Of a stretch of 20,000 nucleotides of DNA, positions 1 to 10,709 are shown in pieces. Both the position numbers and the translations under genes were made by a program. How positions within the stretch are numbered: position 1 is the first letter of the stretch; the number at the start of each line of letters is the position of its first letter. The notes under the pieces are model-generated. The model worked only from the letters and a program-made list of their open reading frames with translations, was not told the origin of the DNA and ran no database searches. Origin of the DNA: Chiloscyllium plagiosum (Eukaryota); NCBI RefSeq assembly GCF_004010195.1, contig NC_057756.1, positions 2,461,488 to 2,481,487 on the forward strand, in the 5' to 3' direction.

Positions 1-70
1 ATACTGCCGTGTTTGTACTGTAAATAGTTAGTTGAACTTGGAAACAAGTTATATAATTTGTCTCCTGCAG

Positions 71-91
71 AACACAAGAAATGCAAAGAAG
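71..91 (+). CDS. 21-nt heptad microexon of a putative butyrophilin/BG-like coiled-coil tail (xHKKCKE)
   Basis: ttgtctcctgcAG|aacacaagaaatgcaaagaag|GTaagc: strong acceptor and donor, exactly 21 nt, open in phase 1. Confidence 0.8.
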
Positions 92-779
92 GTAAGCGTT
101 ACACAAATTTTGATGACTAGCGAAGTGAATATTTCCTCAACTGTGATCAAAATTCATCCTCCAAGGCACGCCTCCGAATCACCATTAATTCTAGTTCTGG
201 TCGTCATTTTAATTTAATATTATTTAATGTAACTTCTGTCACACATCTCTGCCTGCGGCCCAAGACAGACACATGTTAAAAGATAGAACTGTTGTGGTTC
301 TGTTCGCCGAGATGGGAGTTTGTATTGCAGATGTACTCGTTCATAGTATGACAAAAGCAGCTAGAGCCCGTGAAATGACGAAATTGTTGAAACGTTTCAG
401 AAGAATCGCAGATGCCAGTGGGATGAGCATGTACTGGGCTCGAAAAAGTCTCAAGTCGATATCGGCTACTCCTCATGTCCTTGCCAGTTTGCGATCTCAA
501 AACATTTGTAATGTAAAGGTTTCTATTTGTTGTGGGAGATCCCATTTCCAAGTACCAGCAAAGACAAGCAAAATGACGGAACTTCATAATGAATATATAA
601 AGTTTTGTTGAGTTTCATTTTCATACAGTTCATTAAAACACGAAGAATGGGAAAATACATGTGTTTATTTTTTTCCTAAATCGCGACATTCAGTTCTATC
701 TTTTTGAAAGTTTGTGAGAAGATTTGTAGCTCGGATGTTCGTTGTTGTGGTTCTGTTTGCCGAGATGGGATTTTGTGTT

Positions 780-819
780 GCAGACGTTTCGTCCCCTGTC
801 TAGGTGACATCCTCAGTGC
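780..819 (-). ncRNA. Minimal type I hammerhead ribozyme motif (PLE pLTR)
   Basis: Minus strand reads gca-CUGAGGA-u-gucaccu agac aggggac-GAAAC-GUC-ugc: core intact, stem II with one mismatch, 3-bp stem I, palindromic ACGU in place of helix III. Confidence 0.75.
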
Positions 820-930
820 TTGGGAGCCTCCTGTGAAGTGCTTCTGCGATGTTTCCTCCGGCATGTATGTTTGTCTCCACTATAAATGCCGGAGGAAACA
901 TCACAGAATCGCTTCACAGGAGTCTGCCAA

Positions 931-970
931 GCACTGAGGATGTCACCTAGACAGAGAACGAAACGTCTGC
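931..970 (+). ncRNA. Minimal type I hammerhead motif, stem II partly decayed
   Basis: CTGAGGA 934-940, GAAAC 960-964, GTC 965-967; two stem II substitutions relative to the mirror copy. Confidence 0.65.
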
Positions 971-1769
971 AACACAAAATCCCAGCTCGGCAAACAGAAC
1001 CACAACAACGAACATCCGAGCTACAAATCTTCTCACAAACTTTGAAAAAGATAGAACTGAATGTCGCGATTTGGGAAAAAAATAAACACATGTATTTTCC
1101 CATTCTTCGTTGTTTAACTGAACCGTATGAAAATGAAACTCAACAAAACTTTATATATTCATTATAAAGTTCCATCATTTTGCTTGTCTTTGCTGGTACT
1201 TGGAAATTGGATCGCCCACAACAAATAGAAACCTTTACATTACAAATGTTTTGAGATTGCAAACTGGCAAGGACATGAGGAGTAGCCAATATCGACTTGA
1301 GATTTTTTCGAGCCCAGCACATGCTCATCCCACTGACATCTGCGATTCTTCTGAAACTTTTCAACACTTTCGTTATTTCACGGGCTCTAGCTGCTTTTGC
1401 CATACTATGAACGAGTCCCACCTTGATCTGTTCACAGCAGTATGGTGAAAAATGTCTCCCAGTCTTTCTGAAGAAAGAAGGCTGAACATATCTACATTCA
1501 CGACCACCCTGCTCCACCAGATCGATCTTATTTAAATATTAAACAATTCGCTATTAAATACTCCAACTTTCTTCTGTTTAGAGATGTGGCCACGGGTACC
1601 TGCATTGACCCCAGTTATATCCATCTCTTTGCTGATTAACCGGCATATTCCTTGTTGCAGTTCTTCTATGACACTCAACTGCAGCTCAATAACGTAACTG
1701 GAACTGTTCTCCTCAAATAAATGGAATTAGAAATACATACCTGATTCATTTCCAATGTCCAACCCTCTT

Positions 1770-2860
1770 CCAGCTGCATTTGGTCCAGCTCTGACTCATT
1801 TTATCCCTGTCTCGAAATCATAGTTTCCATAATTATCGATATACTGGATAGCACTACCCACCACACCACTACCATGACCTTGACTATGCATCTTGCTTCC
1901 TAGAAAGATTGTATTCCATCTTCTCAGTTCGTCCATCTCTGGCTCATATTTTCCAATGATGTGAACTTTCTCAAGGGGTCGATCGAAATGTCCAACTATT
2001 TCCTCAACCCACGATTCCCCATCACTGTGCTTAACAGGTCTCTCAGCTGTGTTCAAGCCATCTCCTGCAAGTTGACCCTCAACCACTCTCTTACCTCCAC
2101 AACAGTGATAGTGTCTTTTTCGTCCTGACATGACATATTTGGAGAAAGCACATCCGAAGTTTCTAAGTCAGCCTCATCCACACCACTGATCGTGCGAAAT
2201 GTAAGCTCCTCCAGTTCGTTGTTTGCCTTCTACAGGTACCACTTCTGACAAGATACCATATTGTATACTTTCCAACATCTCCATTGCACTTTCCCTTACA
2301 ATCGCAGAAGGTGTTCCATCTGCCAGTTTTATTTTTCTCTCCGCAATATTCAAGGCCACAGACGTAACTTTGAGGGGAATAGCTGATTTATCAGAACTTC
2401 ACTCAATCTGGTCAATTGTATTTGCTGTTCATAGTTTGGTCTGTTCTACAGTGCAGAGACGAAGCACAGACTGGGCGACCACACTTCAGTCCAACAATGT
2501 TCCGCCTGTAACTATAACCCCAAGCTTCCGGTCCGTTGCCAATTCAACAGGCTACTGTTGTTTCACGCCAATAGAGTAGTATTGGGCTATCTGCAGTGCT
2601 CCAATGAAGTTCAGCACAACGTGGACGCACATTCACTAAATCTCCATTCCTGAACACTTCCGTCTCCTGGACTGAATATCGATTTCAACATTTCTATATC
2701 TTCAGCACATTCACCGATTCCTTATCCCAAGCATGCATACCAAGATTTCTCATCAATTGGTTTGCTACGATAAGCAGTCAATTATCTGCCATTAATGGTC
2801 CATCTATTTCGTGCTATCCATTATCCCAAGCTGACGCTTTCTCATTCATTTATCCGCCCA
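1770..2860 (+). mobile_element. Old degenerate Penelope-like element: RT C-terminus, GIY-YIG endonuclease and 3' UTR
   Basis: Relic translations KDCIPSSQFVHL (about 1904-1940), TSLNLVNCICCS*FGLFYSAETKHRLGD (from 2396; decayed VY..YIGET) and GLNIDFN (about 2669); stops and frameshifts; boundaries approximate. Confidence 0.75.
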
Positions 2861-2862
2861 AC

Positions 2863-2952
2863 TACCTCTCTCTCTCTGTCTCTCTCACCAGATGTGGATT
2901 ACAATACGGAGAGGGAGTGGGTGAGAACGAGTGACAGAGAGAGAGAGAGGTA
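2863..2952. repeat. (CT)n and (GA)n microsatellites arranged as a short inverted repeat
   Basis: tacc(tc)5tgtc at 2863-2880 versus gaca(ga)6ggta at 2933-2952. Confidence 0.75.
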
Positions 2953-3950
2953 TCTCAACTGACAGCGAGACTGAAGCTCATCTATGAGGACTGAGATGGA
3001 AAAAGTATAAATACAAAGAGGGCTAGAGTGACGAATTTAGAAGTAAAGGATAATATGCAAGTGCACGTGTGTTCATCGAGATCAAGAGAGAAAGGGAGGG
3101 GCAAGAGACAGGAATTGTCGTGGACAGAGCTATTTATACACGGACAGACTCTTGCGAAAAGTGGTTAACGATGCCAAGGGTGAGAAATTTTAAAAAAAAA
3201 AGCACAAGTGTGAAAGTCAAATACAGAGATAACTGCAGTTCATAAAATAAACAACAAAAATATTGAAGGTTAGCAAAGCTGATGCTAACATGTTCTGATT
3301 AGGGCACGAGAGGAAAATACAAGCTGGAACCTTCGAGTTTTGAATTTAAGTCACTAAAAGTGTGTGTGAGGGGGGGATGATATCTATAGCCACTATGTAT
3401 TACAGGAAATATGGAAAACAATCTCAACATTCATAACATTTAACACTGTCGTAACGCCTTTTGGATCAAAATCAATGCGAAGAAGTTGAATGGTGTAATT
3501 TAATTATGTGCTTGGTATGAAAACAAACAAAAAAGTCGTTGCATGTGGTCAGTTTGAACGAAACGCAGAAATGTCTGCAGAAACTCAGTAATGTGAAGTT
3601 TTAAGTAATCGTCAGTTGACTGAAAATGCTGACTATACATAGATGCTGCCAGATTCGTTGAGTGTCTCGAGCAAGTTATGGTTTTAATCATTTGACACGA
3701 TTAATAATGTGGCCAATAATGAATATTCCTTCACTGTTGGTAACAGCATTCAGAAATATTTCTTCATGACAAAACAAAATGTTAACTTTAATATGGTATA
3801 GGGTAATTTATAGAATACTTAGTAGATGAGCAGATATGAGGAATAGAAATTAGTGATGTTTAAAAGAAAGTAGATGCAAATTAGTAACGATTTGCATCAA
3901 GCAAAGTCGATTGTAGAAAATAAGCACTCTTATTATGTGTTGTCCTTCAG

Positions 3951-3971
3951 ATCTGGAAAAGGGAATATTTG
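3951..3971 (+). pseudogene. Possible inactivated 21-nt heptad exon (DLEKGIF) with donor GT>AT
   Basis: tgttgtccttcAG|atctggaaaagggaatatttg|ATagga: good acceptor, 21 nt ending in G, one base away from a GTAGGA donor. Confidence 0.4.
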
Positions 3972-4141
3972 ATAGGAAGATTGAAGAGAAAGAATGCATC
4001 GAGTTATTTTTATGTTTAATTACCAATGGAAACAGTTAACTCTGGTCACGTGGATGGAAAATTTCTTCAAGTCTGTATGATGGCATACAGAAAAGCCCTT
4101 TTTGACAATATAAAGGAAAGCAAAACTTATTTTCTACCAGA

Positions 4142-4430
4142 TATGGAGTTGCCAGTGCTGGAACGGGGTGGATAAAGTTAAAGGTCACAAAACACCAGCT
4201 TACAGTCTAAAAGATTTACGTGAAAGTAGAAGCCTATGGAGGTTTGCTCCTTTGTCAGGTAGCTAGCGGAGTAGGTGTTTAGGTCACAGAACATATAAGT
4301 AAAGGATCAAATTGTCATCAACAGATACAATATATTAGGCAAATCTAAACTGCTGTTAAGTATTTAGTCACTCAGAATGGCGAGACAGGTTTCAATTAAT
4401 TAACACACAGATTTCAGATTTTCTTTTCAG
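4142..4430 (-). mobile_element. Inverted pLTR/3' end of a second PLE family with a decayed hammerhead
   Basis: Reverse complement of 4352-4379 matches 13028-13055 at 25/28; 4143-4260 is homologous to 18325-18447; relic core ctgacaa-aggagc..ctcc on the minus strand. Confidence 0.75.
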
Positions 4431-4865
4431 TCTCAGTGCTCAAGCACGTTCGGCCTCGGATTTTGGTTGAATGCCTTCCAAGGCGAACTTCAGAAAACAC
4501 AAAAATGCAGAATCGTGCAGTCGAGGCTGATAACCAAGATCAGTACCAATTTGGACGCCCTCAAACGGGATGTTGGGTTTCTGTCGTACTTCAGGTGACC
4601 ACACCATAGACTGCACTCTCACACCTACACTCACACGCACACGCATACACAAGCTCTCTTACATAAAAACACTGCCATACAAACCCTCTCTCTGACACAC
4701 GCATTCTGTCACACCACATTGACGTCCATACCACTCACTGGTTTAGATTTTTAGCACTGGTGCACACACTCACTCAAGCATGCTGACAGAGACCCTCACA
4801 CACACATGCTCACTCCCTCAGCTACACGCACACACACATTTATAAGTTTATGGAGGGAATTTGCA
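4431..4865 (+). mobile_element. PLE GIY-YIG C-terminus and CA-rich 3' UTR (left part, interrupted by CR1)
   Basis: Frameshifted relic resembling SASD..LQG..LI.K...LNRD.GF.S of shark PLE endonuclease ends, followed by a CA-rich tract at about 4615-4840. Confidence 0.65.
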
Positions 4866-6144
4866 ATTAGCTTCATCGAGTCTTCGAGATATACAAAACG
4901 GCAACAGACCCTTTGGTCAAATCGTCAATGCCGACCAGATATCTCAAAATTATCTCTTCCCACTTTTCAAAAGCCATCCCATATCGCTCCAAACCCTTCT
5001 TATTCATTCACTCATCCAGATGCTTTTAAACGTTGCAATTGTATCAGCCTCCACCACTTCGTCTGGCAGTTTGTTCCATGCTCACACGACCCTCTGTGAA
5101 AACGTCACCCCTCAGGTTGCTTTTATAACGTTCCATGCACCCTACGTGATTGCACTCCAGTTCTGGACACCTCCACCCCAGGGAAAATTCCTTGCCCATT
5201 TACCATATGCATGCCCTTCAGATTTCATTAACTTCTATTCGGTCACGCCTCAGCTTCTGAGCCTCCAGGGAAAACGGCCATAATCTATTCAAACTCTCCC
5301 GATAGTTCAAATCCTCCTATCCTGGCACTATCCTTGTAAATCGTTTGGCAGAACATACTTCCGATCAGAAAAAGACAAGAATTGCACACAATATTCCAGA
5401 AGTGGCCGAATCAATATCCTGTACACCCTCAGCATGATCTCCTAACTACTTTACAAAATATACAGAACAACAAAGAAAAGCATACCAAATGCTTTCTTAA
5501 CTGTACTATCTACTTGTGACATTATTTTCAAGGAGGTATGAGCCTCACGCCAAGGTCTCTTTGATTAGCAACACTCCCGAGGACGTTATCATGAAGTGTA
5601 TAAGGCATGCTAAGATTTGCTTACCCAAAACGAAATTTATCTGTATTAAACTCCATCTGCCACTACTTATCCCTTCTGTCTATCTAATCAAGATTACGTT
5701 ACAATCTGAGTTAACCTTCTTCGTTGTTCACGATAGCTACAATTTTGGTGTCATCTGCAAACTTGCTATCTATACCGCTTCTGCTCCCATCCAAATCATT
5801 TGCGTAAATGATGGAAAGTAATTGACCCAGTACCAATCCTTGTGGCCCTCCATTGGTCACAGGCTTCCAGTCAGAAAAAACAACTCTCCACGACCACCCT
5901 CTGTCTTCTAACTTACAGCCAGTTATGTATCAAAATAGGCAGTTGTCCTTGCATTCTATGAGATCTAATCTTGCTAATCAGTCTCCCATGGGGAAACTTG
6001 TCAAACGCCTTATGGAAGTCCATTGAGATAGCGTCCACCACTCTTCCCTTATCAATCCTCTTTGTTACTTCTTCAAAAAACTCAATCAACTTCGTGAGAC
6101 ATGTTTTCCCATGCACAACGCCAAGTTGACTATATCTAATCAGT

Positions 6145-6354
6145 GCTGAAAACGTGTTGCTGGAAAAGCGCAGCAGGTCAGGCAGCATCCAAGGAGCAAT
6201 AGAATCGACGTTTCGGGCATGAGCCCTTCTTCAGGCTCATGTCCGAAACGTCGATTCTCCTGCTCCTTGGATGCTGCCTGATCTGCTGCGCTTTTCTAGC
6301 AACACATTTTCAGCTCTGATCGCCAGCATCTGCAGTCCTCACTTTCTCCTCGAA
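6145..6354. mobile_element. PLE pLTR fold-back insertion (81-bp arms 6145-6225 and 6234-6314, 8-nt loop) nested in CR1 RT
   Basis: 11-bp TSD atctaatcagt (6134-6144 and 6355-6365); minus-strand hammerhead core CUGAAGA-agggc-ucau-gccc-GAAACGUC at 6207-6234; same family as 8744-8870. Confidence 0.9.
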
Positions 6355-8737
6355 ATCTAATCAGTCCTCGCCTTTCTAAATACATGAAAATTCCTGTCCC
6401 ACAGGATTCATTCCAGCAACTGGCCAGCCATCGACGTCAACCCCACTGGTTTATTGTTCCCTGATTTGTTCTTACCACTTGTCTTAAATATTAAAACCAC
6501 GTCAGCCAACGTCCAGTCGTTCGGCACCACCCCGCGCCCCATGACTATTAATGATATCAATATTTCGGAAAGGGGCCCAACAATCACTTCCCTACCTTCT
6601 CACGGAGTTCTAGGTTACACCTGATCAGGTCCCGGGGTTTTATGTATTTCTTGACATTCAGCACTTCCTCCTCTGTAATATGGACATTTTTCAAGATGTC
6701 ACAATCTATTGCCTGGCTATCTGCCAAGTCCTCCTCCACAGTACACACTGATACAAAGTGCTCGTTTAGTATGTCCCCCAACTCCTGCGGCTTCACATAA
6801 AGACCGCCTTGCAGATCATTGAAGGGCCTTATTTTCTACTGAGTTAACATTTTGTCTTCAATTTCTTTGCAAAAAGCCTTAAGATTATCGTAAACCCTAT
6901 TTACCAAAGTTAACTCATGTCATCTCATTGCACTCTTGATTTTTTTCTTAAGTGTACTCCAACAGCCTTAGACTCTTCTATGTATTCACTCGATCTATCC
7001 TCTCGATCCTTGATACATGCTTCCTTCTTTTTCGTAGCGAATCCTTATATTTTTCCACTCATCCAAATTTCCCTACACCTGTCAGCCCTTCCTTTCACTG
7101 TAACAGGAATGCACTACGTCTTGACTCTTCTTATCCATTTCTGAATGATTCCCATTTTCCAGCTGTCCCTTTATGTGCGAACATCTGCCCGCAATCAGCC
7201 CTTGAAATTTCAGGGACATCAAAATGAGCCTTCCTCCAATTCAGAATTTCAACGTTTAGATATGATCCATTCTTTTGCATCACTTTCTGAAAAACTAATG
7301 GGATTACAGTTGCTGGCCCTAAACTGCTCCCCCACGGACACCTCCGCCAGCTGCCCTGCCTTATTGCCCAAGGGTAGGTCAGGTTTTCCAACTTCTATCT
7401 GGCAGTTACATCACATAGTGAATAAGAAAATTTTCTTTCACATCCTTAACAAATTCCTCTCCATCTTAACCCTTAATGCTGCGGCAGTGGCAGTTTATGT
7501 TTGGAAAGTTAACGCCACCCTATTATTATGACACACAACTGAAATCTCTTTACAAAATTTTTTATCAATTACCGCCTGACAATTAGGGGGTCTATAATAC
7601 AATCTCGATGAGGTGGACCCCGCTTTGCTATTTTTCAGTTCTACCCATACAAATTTCCTGGATGTACTTGCAGGAATATTCTCCATAAGTACAGCTGTAA
7701 CGCTATCCTTTATCAAAAACGCCACTCCCCCTCCTCTCTTGCCTCCCGTTCTATACTTGTGGTAGCATTTGCATCCTGGAACATTTACCTGCCAGTACTG
7801 TCCATCGCTCAGCTGCGTTTCTGTATTTGCTGTGATAAGATAAAGGAACCATGGACGACAAGAACAGAGGAGCTTCTCGTCAAAAGGAAGAAGGCAGCTT
7901 ACTTAAGGTTGAAGAAGCAAGGACAGCTTTCGAGGATTAGAGGCTTTCTAGAACGGAGCTCAGAAATGGACTGAGGACAGCCAGGAGGGGGCACGAAAAA
8001 GGATGGCAAATAGGATTAGGGAGAACCCAAAGGCAGTTTACTCTTACGTGAGGAATAAGAGAATGATCAGGGGGAATATAGGGCCGATCAAGGATAGGCT
8101 AGGGAACTTGTGCGTGTAGTCTGAGCAGTTGCTTCAGTTTTCTCCAAAGAAAGGGATCTTGCTGTGAATGAGAATTTTCAGGAGCTTGGATGCAGACTTG
8201 ACCTGATCAAGATTGATGAAGTTGCTGTGCTAGAAAATTTTGAAAACATTAAGGTTGATAAGTCCCCAGAGCCAGACCAGATTTATCCTAGGCTACTCCG
8301 GGAAGCAAGAAAGGACGTTCCTAAGCCACTGGCAAAAATCTTTGCGTCCTTACTCTCCGTGGGATTCGTAGCAGAGGATTGGAAGGAGACGAATTTTGTT
8401 CCTCTTTTCAAGAAATATTAATGGGGAAATCCCTGGCAATTACAGACCAGCCAGTCTTACGTTTGAGGTCAGCAAAAGTTTGGAAAGAATTCTGAGGGAT
8501 AGCATCTATGACCATTTGGCAAAACATAGCATTATTAAAGACAATAAGCATGGCTTTGTGAGAGGAAATTCATGCCTCAAAAATCTTAATGAGTTCTTCG
8601 AGCAGGTGACAAGTCAGTTCGAGCAGTGTATGTGGTGTATATGGATTTCAGCAAGGCACTTGATTAGTTTCCCCATGGTAGGATCATTCATAATGTTAGG
8701 AAGTATGGGATACAGGGAGATTTAGCTATCTGGGTTC

Positions 8738-8778
8738 AGAATTCCTGATGAAGGGCGTATGCCCGAAACGTCGATTCT
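8738..8778 (+). ncRNA. Minimal type I hammerhead ribozyme, core intact
   Basis: agaauuc-CUGAUGA(8745-8751)-a-GGGC guau GCCC-GAAAC-GUC(8770-8772)-gauucu; stem I 6 bp with one bulge; predicted cleavage after C8772. Confidence 0.8.
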
Positions 8779-8870
8779 CCTGTTCTTTTGATGCTGCCTG
8801 ACCTGCTGCTTTTTTCCAGCAACACATTTTTAAGCTCTGATCGCCAGCATCTGCAGTCCTCACTTTCTCC
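8744..8870 (+). mobile_element. 127-bp PLE 3' end (pLTR) insertion inside the plus-strand CR1
   Basis: 9-bp TSD ttcagaatt (8735-8743 and 8871-8879); sequence matches 6234-6350. Confidence 0.9.
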
Positions 8871-10709
8871 TTCAGAATTGATTGGTTGACAGAGGGCAGA
8901 GATTGGTTGTAAATGGGAAGTATTGTGCCTCGAGGTCAGTGTTCAGTGGGGTCCCACAGTGCTCTGTTATTGGGTCTTTGCTCTTCATAATTTTCATAAA
9001 TGACTTGGATGAGGAGATTGAGTGGTGGGTTAGTAAATTTGCAGATAACACAAAGGTTGGAGGGGTCGTCGATATTAACGTGGCTATTTCAGGCTGCAGC
9101 GTGACATATACAGGATGCGGAGCTGGGCTGAGATATGGCAGATGGAGTTCAACTGGATCGGTCCAAAGTGATGCATTTTGGAGTGTCAAACTGAAATGCT
9201 CAATATAGATTTAAAGACAGGATTCTTTGTAGCGTGAAGGAACAGAGGGATCTGGGTGTGTAAGTACATAGATCCCTCAAAGTTGCCAACCAAGTGGATA
9301 TGGTTGTTAAGAAAGCATATGGTATTTTGGCTTTTATTAGCACGGGGATCGAGTTTAAGAGTTGCGAGGTTTTGCGACAGCACTACAAGTCCCTGGTGAG
9401 ACCACACTTGGAATCTTGTGTCCAGTTGTGGTCGCCCTACTATAGGAAAGATGCAGAGACTTTGAAGAGGGTGCAAAGAAGATTTACCAGGATGCTGCCT
9501 GGACTGGTGGGCTTGCCTTTTGAAGAAAGGTTCAGTAGGCATAGAGTTTTATCTCTGGAGAGAAGGAGGAAGAGAGGAGACCTGATCAATGTATACAAGA
9601 TAATGAGAGGAATGGATAGAGTCAATAGCCAGAGACTTTTCTGCAGGGCATGGTTCATGTGTATGAGGGGTCATGGTTTTAACGTATTAGGGGAAAGATA
9701 TAAAGGAGACGCCAGAAGTAGGTTCTTTACACAGATAGTTGTGAATGCTTGTAATGCGTTGCCAGCGGTGGTGCTGGAAGCAGAGTCATTAGGGACATTT
9801 AAGCGAATGCTGGACAGGTACATGGAGAGCAGTGGTTTGATGGTTGCGTAGGTTAAGTTATTATATTTTACGTTAGGATTAAAGCTCGGCACAGTATCAT
9901 GTGCGGATGGGCCTGATCTGTGCTATACATTTCTATGATCCACGTTCTTGTTCGATATCCCAGTTCTATGTTCCTAACCATGCCTTGAGTTCATCTGACT
10001 TCCCTGAAGTAAATGCAGTTTAGTTTATCAGTCTTATCTTGTTCTCTAATTTGTCACTGACTACTTGACTCGCTTCTTTTCTCAACTGTAAAAATTTCAG
10101 ATTTTTCTCTTTCCACACTATCTCCTGGAGTAACCCACCACCTTATTAGTTTAAATTCTCCCCCAGCAGCTGCAGCAAATCTTCCTCCCAGTATATTAGC
10201 CCACGCTCAAATCAGGTGCAACACTTCTTTTTTGTGCAGATCACTTCTATGCCAGAAGGAATTCTCAGTGTCCAAAATTGTGAATCCTTCTCCTATACAC
10301 CAGCTACACAGCTATGCATGTATCTGCTCTGTAGTCCTATTCCTCCCCTTAGTTATTTTTAGCACCAGAAATAATCTAGTTATCACTGCCTTCGAGGACC
10401 TCTTTTTTATTTTCATTTCTTCTGAACTTTCTACTCTCTCCCATCAGAATCTCACAATTTTTCCCATTCTATGTCATTCGTTCCAATGTATAAAATAACC
10501 TCTTGCTGGTGTCTCTCCCATTTGAGAACATTTTGTACCCCTTCTGAGACATCCTTGATCCTGAAATACACAATTCTGATTTTTCGTTGCTGCCCACAGA
10601 AACATCTGCCTGTGCCTCTGACAAGAGAGTCCCTCACATAATCGATAGTTGGAGCCTGAATTACATTCAATACTGTCGAGCCTGTCTCTGTGCCAGAAAC
10701 TTGGCTGTT

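Larger units (their letters stand above)
292..1045. mobile_element. Composite PLE insertion: pLTR fragment 292-334(-), inverted host flank 335-704, pLTR 705-877(-), pLTR 878-1045(+)
   Basis: Flanked by a 14-bp direct repeat aaaagatagaactg (278-291 and 1046-1059); pLTR copies carry a CTGAGGA...GAAACGTC hammerhead motif typical of PLEs. Confidence 0.8.
335..1416. repeat. Long inverted repeat: arms 335-864 and 886-1416, 21-nt spacer
   Basis: Manual alignment gives about 27 differences over about 530 bp (about 95% identity); mirrored ORFs on opposite strands in the ORF track agree. Confidence 0.98.
7838..9953 (+). mobile_element. 5'-truncated CR1 LINE (ORF2 RT and 3' UTR), frameshifted, nested in the older CR1 endonuclease region
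   Basis: KSPEPDQIYPRLLRE, GNYRPASLT, VPQCSVIGSLLFIIFINDL..KFADNTK, LVRPHLESCVQLWSP; decayed ttctatg tail; 4-bp direct repeat gata at 7834-7837 and 9954-9957. Confidence 0.92.

Noticed and set aside
335..1416. Foldback/MITE DNA transposon with long TIRs
   Set aside because: No TSD at the arm ends (334/1417); the direct repeat instead brackets 292-1045 and the centre is PLE pLTR sequence
273..1517. Paired similar ORFs (273-611/1140-1517, 676-864/886-1167, 704-937/813-1103) suggesting duplicated genes or a toxin-antitoxin pair
   Set aside because: They are by-products of the inverted repeat; no recognisable domain and no splice context
1582..1602. Acceptor ttctgtttAG followed by 21 nt ending in G
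   Set aside because: Followed by CATTGA, not donor-like; peptide EMWPRVP does not fit a coiled coil
3239..3268. 30-nt AG/GT-bounded segment
   Set aside because: No pyrimidine tract upstream and weak donor
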